IMG/VR virus record: IMGVR_UViG_3300030616_000016
Location: 167,648-231,647 of that record
Length of the DNA stretch: 64,000 nt
Strand: one strand, 5' to 3'
Made by a program: the position numbers and the translations under genes. Shown here in pieces: positions 57,467-64,000 of the stretch. The notes beneath the pieces are model-generated. The model had not been told where the DNA came from. It was given only the letters and a program-made list of their open reading frames with translations, and did no database searches. The stretch's first letter is position 1; each line of letters opens with the position of its first letter.

Positions 57467-60400
57467 ATGGCTTACCCAAGAGCATTATATAAAATACCCA
57501 TAACCATCGATCATACGAAAATCGATGAAGACTTGACAGATTGGACTCTTGTATTCGATCAGAGCTTTGCAGGTGTTCTTACTTCTGAGAATGGACCATT
57601 AGATCAAGACGGAAGAAGGTCTATCTTATCAGATGGTGGCGATATCAGGTTTACAAGCGACTCCGCTGGTTCAACTAGATTACCTGTTGATGTTCGCAAT
57701 GTCTCTCTTGATAATGATCCAGCTAACTCAGAATTAGAAATCGCTGTAAAATGCTCTCCCAGCTCTTCCACAGATACTACAATCTACATGTGGTGGGGTG
57801 ATGCTGACGCCACCCTTCCAGCCGCAAATGACACTTACGGGCAGTACAACGCTTATGATTCTGGTTTCATCGGTGTATGGTCGCTGAGTGAAGACCCCGG
57901 TCCCGGCGGTGCGGGGGACATGAAGGACAGAACAAGTAATCAACTCAACGGGACAGCCCACTCTGACTTTACCGATGCCGACTCAGTTGATGCTAAAGTC
58001 GGGAAAGGCGTCAGATTCCAGGCCGGAAATGACGCCATAACTGTTCCTGATTCAGCAATCTTAAATCCGGGGAGTGAAGTTACTGTAAGCTGTTGTGTCA
58101 ACCATGCATCTATAGTTCCCGGTGTGGGTTTGATTATACATGACTACTCTAACTATAAGTATTTGCTGTACAGTACTACTGGAGGCGTGTACTTCTATAT
58201 CAGAACTGCATCGGGAGTTTCGGTCACTCCCGCACGTGGAGTGGCTACAAGCACTTGGTATCACTTGTGCGGGACATTCGATCGATCATTGAGTAGTGAG
58301 CGTCTCAAGCTGTATGTGAATGGTTCTAAGGAACGCTCAGCTACTGGTTACGATCAAGATATTCAGGCTGGTGATCAAGGTCTCCGTTTCGGAGAATGGT
58401 CCGGCCACTTAAACGGAACGCTTGATGAGGTAAGAGTAAGTAGTGTTGCTCGTTCTGCAGCTTGGATGAAAGCTGATTATAATAATCAGTTCAACATATC
58501 CGGCTTTCAGACTTTTGGACCTATCGAAGACCTTCGTGATCATTCAAGTAAGTCTTCTAAGTCTTCTAAGTCCAGTCGTTCGGGAAGCAGTAAATCTTCC
58601 AAGTCAAGTAAATCAAGTTGGAGCAGTGGAAGTTCAATTAGTTCTGTTTCCTCGGTATCGAGTTCAAGTTCAGGGGAATCCAGTTCAAGTTCTGTATCCA
58701 GTTCGGTTTCAAGTTCTTCGTCTACAAGTAGTTCAAGCGTCAGTTCTTCTTCAAAGAGCAGTTCTTCTTCACAGTCTTCAAGCTCTTCTGATTTTTCTTC
58801 ATCAAGTAGTGTTAGTAGTTCATCAAGCAGTGAATCAAGCAGCTCCAGCTCTTCACAATCTTCAAGTTCAGCAAGTAGTGAGTCTTCGAGTTCAAGTGTT
58901 TCTTCTTCAAGTACCAGCTCTTCAAGCAAGTCCAGTGAATCGAGTTCGTCTTCGGTTAGCAGCAGTAGCTCGTCTTCAATTAGTAGCAGTTCAACTAGTT
59001 CGCAAAGTTCGAGTTCTCAGTCTTCTTCGAGTCAGAGTTCTTCATCTTCTGGTAGTAGCGACAGTTCATCATCTTCTTCGGAATATTCTAGTTCGTCATC
59101 TGATAGTAGTAGTTCCAGTAGCGGGTCTAGCGTATCAAGTTCGAGTCAGTCTTCTTCCAGTTCTGCGTCTTCTGGATCTTCAAGTTCGTCTACAAGCAGT
59201 TCTTCAAAAAGCAGTAGTAGTGGAAGTTCAGAATCAAGCTCGTCTTCAACAAGCAGCTCTTCGGTCAGTTCGAGTAGTGCAAGTAGTGAATCAAGTTCAT
59301 CTTCGGATAGTTCTGGATCTTCTGTTTCCAGTAGTAGTGTCAGTTCTAGTTCGCAAAGCAGTGGATCGTCTTCAAGTTCTAAGAGTAGCAGTAGTCAGTC
59401 TTCATCTAGCGTTTCTAGCGATTCGTCTTCAAGTTCTAAGAGTAGTGAATCCAGTAGTTCGACAAGTTCGTCAAGCATATCGTCACAATCATCAAGCAGC
59501 TCTACTTCCTCTTCGAGTCAGTCTTCGTCAAGTGACAGCTCAAGTTCTATTTCTTCATCTTCGCAAAGCTCGCAATCAAGTTCATCTTCTGTGAGTAGCG
59601 AGTCTAGCAGTTCACAGTCAAGTTCTTCTGTTTCAAGTGAATCAAGTAGTTCCAGTGCGTCAAGTAAAAGCTCATCTAGCCAGAGCTCCTCCTCTGAAAG
59701 CTCTCAATCTTCAAGTTCTTCAGATTCATCAGAGAGTTCAAGCTCTAAGAGTTCGTCTTCTAGAAGTAGTGAAAGCTCCTCTTCTTCATCTGATTTTTCT
59801 TCATCTAGTAGTTCAACCAGTTCTGAGAGTAGCGGATCTTCACAATCGTCTAGTTCTCAATCTTCAGATTCTAGTAGCTCGAAGAGCAGCTCTTCAGTAA
59901 GCAGCTCCTCTTCTGAAAGTTCATCTTCTATAAGTTCTTCTTCAGTTTCTTCTGAGTCGTCTTCTAGCTCAGCAAGCAGCGATTCATCAAGCTCAAGCAC
60001 CTCTTCTTCTTCAAGGTCTTCATCAAGTACAAGCTCAGAGAGTTCAGAATCATCTTCTAGCTCCGATAGCAGCAGCTCTTCTGTTTCCAGCAGTAGTCAA
60101 AGTTCTAGTTCAGAAAGTAGTGAGTCTTCAAGTTCATCTAAAAGCAGTAGCTCATCTTCGATGAGCAGTTCATCAACTAGTAGCCAGTCTTCTTCCAGTA
60201 TTTCTAGCGAATCATCTTCTAGCTCTGTTAGCAGCGAAAGTTCATCTAGTCAATCGTCTTCGAGTCAGTCTTCATCGAGTAGCATTAGTAGCGAGTCCAG
60301 TTCTTCTTCAATAAGTTCTGAATCGAGCACATCTTCTTCAAGTACTTCTTCTTCGAGCAGTGAATCAAGCTCCAGTTATTCTTCTGAATCCAGCGAAAGT

Positions 60401-61084
60401 TCATCCTCGGTTAGCTCTGATTCATCTTCTTCTCAGTCCAGCGTAAGTTCCAGTTCATCTAGGTCTTCATCAAGTGTATCTTCCTCAAGCTCTAGAAGCA
60501 GCAGTTCAAGATCATCTGAGTCTTCTTCTAGTATAAGCTCATCTATAAGCAGTTCTTCAGTCTCAAGTCAATCTAGCTCCAGTAGTCGTTCATCTGGTTC
60601 CAGCACGAGCTCTTCAAGTAGATCAAGCAGCAGTCAGAGCAGTAGAAGTTCAACATCGTCCTCCAGTCATAGTTCATCTGTAAGCAGTAGCTCCAGAAGC
60701 TCTGAGAGTAGCAGCTCGACAAGCAGCTCTTCAACAAGTAGCACAAGCTCATCCAGCCAATCAAGTAGTTCTTCTGTTTCTTCCAGTTCTACAAGTAGTA
60801 GTAGTACGTCTTCTGGTAGCTCTGAGTCTAGTTCATCTTCAACGAGCAGTAGTTCAACTAGTAGTAGTCAGTCCTCTTCTAGTGTTGTTTCAAGCTCGTC
60901 AATGTCATCTGCTTCTAGTACAAGCTCAAGCTCAGCATCAAGCAGAAGCTCATCCTCTTCGCCAAAAGCTATTGATATTCCTAGCAAACCTGATATACTT
61001 ACATGTGCAGAGAGAAGGCAAACTCCAAGTAAACCAGATGTGCTTGGAATAGATTTTAGACCAAGCCAACCAAAAGTCTTATAG
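57467..61084 (+). CDS. DUF2341 + LamG (concanavalin-like) adhesin with an ~806-aa serine-rich tail
   Basis: DUF2341 motifs ITIDHTKI...GGDIRFTSD...DTTIYMWWG. LamG motifs TWYHLCGTFD...KLYVNG...LNGTLDEVRVSSVARSAAW. These are followed by a Ser tract. Confidence 0.82.
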   Translation: MAYPRALYKIPITIDHTKIDEDLTDWTLVFDQSFAGVLTSENGPLDQDGRRSILSDGGDIRFTSDSAGSTRLPVDVRNVSLDNDPANSELEIAVKCSPSSSTDTTIYMWWGDADATLPAANDTYGQYNAYDSGFIGVWSLSEDPGPGGAGDMKDRTSNQLNGTAHSDFTDADSVDAKVGKGVRFQAGNDAITVPDSAILNPGSEVTVSCCVNHASIVPGVGLIIHDYSNYKYLLYSTTGGVYFYIRTASGVSVTPARGVATSTWYHLCGTFDRSLSSERLKLYVNGSKERSATGYDQDIQAGDQGLRFGEWSGHLNGTLDEVRVSSVARSAAWMKADYNNQFNISGFQTFGPIEDLRDHSSKSSKSSKSSRSGSSKSSKSSKSSWSSGSSISSVSSVSSSSSGESSSSSVSSSVSSSSSTSSSSVSSSSKSSSSSQSSSSSDFSSSSSVSSSSSSESSSSSSSQSSSSASSESSSSSVSSSSTSSSSKSSESSSSSVSSSSSSSISSSSTSSQSSSSQSSSSQSSSSSGSSDSSSSSSEYSSSSSDSSSSSSGSSVSSSSQSSSSSASSGSSSSSTSSSSKSSSSGSSESSSSSTSSSSVSSSSASSESSSSSDSSGSSVSSSSVSSSSQSSGSSSSSKSSSSQSSSSVSSDSSSSSKSSESSSSTSSSSISSQSSSSSTSSSSQSSSSDSSSSISSSSQSSQSSSSSVSSESSSSQSSSSVSSESSSSSASSKSSSSQSSSSESSQSSSSSDSSESSSSKSSSSRSSESSSSSSDFSSSSSSTSSESSGSSQSSSSQSSDSSSSKSSSSVSSSSSESSSSISSSSVSSESSSSSASSDSSSSSTSSSSRSSSSTSSESSESSSSSDSSSSSVSSSSQSSSSESSESSSSSKSSSSSSMSSSSTSSQSSSSISSESSSSSVSSESSSSQSSSSQSSSSSISSESSSSSISSESSTSSSSTSSSSSESSSSYSSESSESSSSVSSDSSSSQSSVSSSSSRSSSSVSSSSSRSSSSRSSESSSSISSSISSSSVSSQSSSSSRSSGSSTSSSSRSSSSQSSRSSTSSSSHSSSVSSSSRSSESSSSTSSSSTSSTSSSSQSSSSSVSSSSTSSSSTSSGSSESSSSSTSSSSTSSSQSSSSVVSSSSMSSASSTSSSSASSRSSSSSPKAIDIPSKPDILTCAERRQTPSKPDVLGIDFRPSQPKVL
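58544..60961 (+). repeat. Low-complexity poly-serine coding tract (806 codons)
   Basis: Near-continuous Ser punctuated by K/E/D/Q/V/T/R. TCN and AGY codons are mixed, and no long perfect nucleotide repeat was seen. Confidence 0.95.
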
Positions 61085-61096
61085 AGGTGATATATC

Positions 61097-61591
61097 ATGG
61101 ATTTAACATTTAGTTTTGCGGCGCCATCAACACAACCAGGAAGCGATGATGTCACTACCATAAAAATATGGGAAAGTACAGACGCCATTGCTTTTACTCT
61201 TGTAAAGACGGACAGCCTTAGTCCTTCTGACACCACATATACATACACAGATGGATATGTGGACAGATTTTATAGGCTTACGTTTGTTGATGACGATGGT
61301 CTTGAAAGCCCATATTCTGATACAATGTATGGAACCGCGCTGATTAGCAACACAACACTCACAAGTATAGATACTGTAAACACTCAGTTGGCTGAGCTTT
61401 TAGCACTAATTAATGCAAGACCAACAAGAAGAGAAATGACATCTGCTGTAGATGCTTATGGTGATATGCTGAATGAATTGGCCGCGCAGGTTAATACTCT
61501 AAAGAATAACGTGGAAACGCTTCAGAGATCCGTTACTTCTCTTGGACAGACGTTTGCAAATTGGGTAGAGAATCCGCCTTGCCCGCAGTAG
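61097..61591 (+). CDS. FN3-like beta domain plus coiled-coil protein
   Basis: IKIWES...TTYTYTDG...FYRLTFVDDDGLESPYS (FN3-like), then heptads. GAGGTG RBS. Confidence 0.6.
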   Translation: MDLTFSFAAPSTQPGSDDVTTIKIWESTDAIAFTLVKTDSLSPSDTTYTYTDGYVDRFYRLTFVDDDGLESPYSDTMYGTALISNTTLTSIDTVNTQLAELLALINARPTRREMTSAVDAYGDMLNELAAQVNTLKNNVETLQRSVTSLGQTFANWVENPPCPQ

Positions 61592-61600
61592 GAGGTAATC

Positions 61601-62929
61601 ATGGCTATTACATTATGGCAACCAGGAACAACTGGATACCCTGAAGTATCTGACTATGCTAGCTCTAGTGACAGAACAATTGAGACCAAATGGTCTTTTA
61701 TAAGTGATGTTTTATCAGACGAACCATTCGCAGAAGTCGGCCAGGCTATAAATACTTACCATATTAATGCGTTACGTCGCTGTATTGAAATATTAGAAAC
61801 TCACGTACACACTTTTCATCCTTGCTTCGATCAAGCTTTTGGCAATACCGCACAGCAAACATTCCCTGTCTCAATTTCTCAAGACTATCCTAGCTCTACA
61901 TGGACTGGTAAGCACTATGTTGTTTTAGATGATAGCGGTACAGAAATAAGTGCTCCATCCAAAGATGGCACTGATTCAGATGGAAACTATAATCGTAATA
62001 CCACAAGATATGTAAGTCGTGTTGTTCCTGATCTATATACTCCAACTGTTGGTTGTCCCGCAAGCCAAAAGATTAATTACAGACAGTCTGGTACGTACCT
62101 AACCCCCAACTCTACTTATGCTGCCTCTTCTACTCCTGTCGTTACTGCTGACTCTATAAATGCAGATCACATAAATCAATTGCGTCGTGCTGTTGAAAGT
62201 TTAATGAATCATACTCACGACTTTAGATTCAGATTATATCAAGACCCACCTAGTGTCTCTACCAATTTTAGACAATATCTTAACATCATAGGCTCTTTAG
62301 GTGCTCCTGCTCCTCCTTATCCGATTAGCATAGGCAATCCGTCGTCTAACTGGTTCGGTGGTGGTATTAGTAATTCTTCTATCGCTTTGCAGAATAACAC
62401 AGATGAGCCAACAGCTGCTCATGTCAATCATATAAAAGAAGTACTGTTTTATTTATTGAAACATAGACACAAGGACAGTTCGTATTCTACATATGACCCG
62501 AGCTATTGGTTCACAACTGGTGCATGGAGGGCTGTTCAGTATGGCGGTTCTCCGTATTGGTACAAAGCAGGAGCTGGGTCTGGTGGTAACTGGCCTATGA
62601 ATATCTGGCTTCCTGCAGGTAGATATTTGCTTGTATATAAAGACGGACAAATTTATAATACCAGAGGAAACCAATATCCTACAAGAATAAATTATCTACA
62701 AGGTTACCAATTTCCTTCTAGCGTAAGCAATGTTTTGAGTCAAAGCTTTGTCGATGTTGTTTCTCCATTATATTTGAGTTTACAAACAGATGGCTATGTA
62801 TCATTATGGGAATATGATCAGGCAGGAGAAACAGGCGATAACACCGGCCAAATAAATTTCTGGTTATATAAAGAAAGCACATGGCCTAATATACCAGAAG
62901 ACACTGGTGGATTTTATGAGTACATCTAA
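61601..62929 (+). CDS. Putative fibre/adhesin with three HIN-LRR-HxH repeats
   Basis: INTYHINALRRCIEILETHVH, INADHINQLRRAVESLMNHTH, PTAAHVNHIKEVLFYLLKHRH, then an aromatic-rich C-terminal domain. GGAGGT RBS. Confidence 0.6.
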   Translation: MAITLWQPGTTGYPEVSDYASSSDRTIETKWSFISDVLSDEPFAEVGQAINTYHINALRRCIEILETHVHTFHPCFDQAFGNTAQQTFPVSISQDYPSSTWTGKHYVVLDDSGTEISAPSKDGTDSDGNYNRNTTRYVSRVVPDLYTPTVGCPASQKINYRQSGTYLTPNSTYAASSTPVVTADSINADHINQLRRAVESLMNHTHDFRFRLYQDPPSVSTNFRQYLNIIGSLGAPAPPYPISIGNPSSNWFGGGISNSSIALQNNTDEPTAAHVNHIKEVLFYLLKHRHKDSSYSTYDPSYWFTTGAWRAVQYGGSPYWYKAGAGSGGNWPMNIWLPAGRYLLVYKDGQIYNTRGNQYPTRINYLQGYQFPSSVSNVLSQSFVDVVSPLYLSLQTDGYVSLWEYDQAGETGDNTGQINFWLYKESTWPNIPEDTGGFYEYI

Positions 62930-63234
62930 TGGTATATGTTAATAAGTTCGATATCAACAAGAATTCTAATGCTAGAGAACTACAACAGTTCCTTTCTGAA
63001 AACAGCATCAGCTCTGGTAAGATACTTAAAATAGAAAGCATTCCCAGGAACGATGACTTTCTTAGTATTATAATATTCTGGACTGATGAAGATATAAGCA
63101 GCTCTATAGAAGTTGCATTTGAAGAGACAGAGTCACAGGCTACCAGAGCTGTTATAGATGCACGCATAGGCACTGAGAATGACGGTGCTAATAATGGAAA
63201 ATTAATATTAAGAACCGGAATTATTCCGCAATGA
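62929..63234 (+). CDS. Small protein paralogous to the N-terminus of the next gene
   Basis: KFDINKNSNARELQQFLSENSI...IIIFWTD versus KFDIPSNSDAANIQDFMKANDI...VIIFYID. Confidence 0.65.
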   Translation: MVYVNKFDINKNSNARELQQFLSENSISSGKILKIESIPRNDDFLSIIIFWTDEDISSSIEVAFEETESQATRAVIDARIGTENDGANNGKLILRTGIIPQ

Positions 63235-63995
63235 GCTTAAACCAGATCGTTAAATCAGCCAAGTTTGATATTCCGTCAAACAGCGATGCTGCTAATATCC
63301 AGGACTTTATGAAGGCCAATGATATTACAGCATCCAAGCTTGTTGATGTTGAATGTATATATAGAAGCGATAACATGCAGACTGTTATTATCTTTTATAT
63401 TGATGGTGAGCTTGAGGATCTAGTTCAACCAAGAGGCCCTCAGGGACCACAAGGAAAACCTGGCGCTCAAGGTCCAAAAGGAGAGCGTGGAAGATCAGGG
63501 ACTGATGGCGATATATATATGGAGGCAGTCTGTGTATATTACTACAGAAAGATTGATGGATCTCCCGATTATGACTCTGATCCTAACCATGTTTGCTGTA
63601 AATATTTAGATGAGCCGCTAACATTCCCTGATTTCTCTGAAGAAGTAGACGATTGGGAGCCTGGTCAGTATTACGAGACAGACGAGTGGGTGGCTTATTC
63701 AAGCGTTAGGCAATGCGATCCTAACTCTCCATTCGATAACCCATGCTGTCCTCCATGTAAGCCGTGCTTTTCTTCTTATTCGTCATACAGTAGCAACTCA
63801 AGTTCTAACTCATCTTCTTCGAGTATATCTTCGTCAAGCAAAAGCTCTTCTAGCTTTAGCTCGTCAGTTAGCTCTAGCAATTCTTCAAGTAGTAGTTCAT
63901 CTAATTCTTCAAGTAGTAGTTCATCTAATTCTTCAAGTAGTAGTTCATCTAATTCTTCAAGTAGTAGTTCATCTAATTCTTCAAGTAGTAGTTAA
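63231..63995 (+). CDS. Collagen-repeat, Cys-rich, serine-rich protein (3' end uncertain)
   Basis: Eight Gly-X-Y triplets (63435-63506), CC-rich segments, then a Ser tract. The stop arises inside a tandem repeat copy. Confidence 0.7.
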   Translation: MSLNQIVKSAKFDIPSNSDAANIQDFMKANDITASKLVDVECIYRSDNMQTVIIFYIDGELEDLVQPRGPQGPQGKPGAQGPKGERGRSGTDGDIYMEAVCVYYYRKIDGSPDYDSDPNHVCCKYLDEPLTFPDFSEEVDDWEPGQYYETDEWVAYSSVRQCDPNSPFDNPCCPPCKPCFSSYSSYSSNSSSNSSSSSISSSSKSSSSFSSSVSSSNSSSSSSSNSSSSSSSNSSSSSSSNSSSSSSSNSSSSS

Positions 63996-64000
63996 TCTAA
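63879..64000 (+). repeat. 24-bp tandem repeat AATTCTTCAAGTAGTAGTTCATCT (NSSSSSSS), 5 copies, continuing to the window edge
   Basis: Copies start at 63879, 63903, 63927, 63951 and 63975. The fifth copy has TCA>TAA. Confidence 0.95.

Noticed and set aside
58515-60764. Alternate-frame ORFs (359-aa Val/Gln/Leu-rich) and antisense ORFs (Leu/Glu-rich) over the Ser tract
   Set aside because: These are by-products of TCN/AGY codon runs, which have few stops in other frames. They have no RBS and are fully nested in the real gene.
218-63173. The many 60-145 aa minus-strand and nested plus-strand ORFs in the track
   Set aside because: All overlap longer, motif-bearing + strand genes that tile the window with RBSs and stop/start overlaps. 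They are shadow ORFs.
35748-63995. Diversity-generating retroelement acting on fibre genes
   Set aside because: No reverse transcriptase and no template/variable repeat pair was seen in this window. One elsewhere in the genome cannot be excluded.
1-64000. Stop-codon reassignment, as found in some jumbo phages
   Set aside because: Genes up to 6.8 kb are open in code 11, and TAA, TAG and TGA all end genes directly before the next RBS or start.
63879-64000. CRISPR-like array
   Set aside because: The repeats are head-to-tail with no spacers and encode an in-frame Ser peptide.

Overview
This 64 kb window is the virion-morphogenesis region of a large contractile-tailed (myovirus, probably jumbo) phage. 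It is AT-rich (roughly 35-40% GC by eye) and reads in the standard genetic code. About 43 tightly packed genes all lie on the + strand. Gene order: major capsid protein (5'-truncated), Ig-domain head-tail adaptor, tail terminator, sheath, tube and two tube paralogs, two tail chaperones, three giant translationally coupled genes, baseplate gp25 and gpJ homologs, then about 34 kb of wedge, fibre and adhesin genes ending in poly-serine proteins. The tube and chaperone motifs recall Bacillus phage G-like jumbo myoviruses (from memory, not searched). Main highlights: (1) an 1834-aa protein in the tape-measure position carries a collinear RNA polymerase beta-prime double-psi-barrel with a DFDAD metal motif, making it a candidate tail-delivered single-chain virion RNA polymerase; (2) its neighbours are a tape-measure-like protein with a LAGLIDADG intein and a baseplate hub fused to a staphylococcal-nuclease domain; (3) an S-N-[ED]-hydrophobic motif is strongly enriched in several unrelated putative outer virion proteins, a possible modification or cleavage sequon; (4) a DUF2341-LamG protein has an 806-codon serine tract. 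No tRNA, rRNA or CRISPR array was seen. All family calls come from motif recognition by eye, not database searches.
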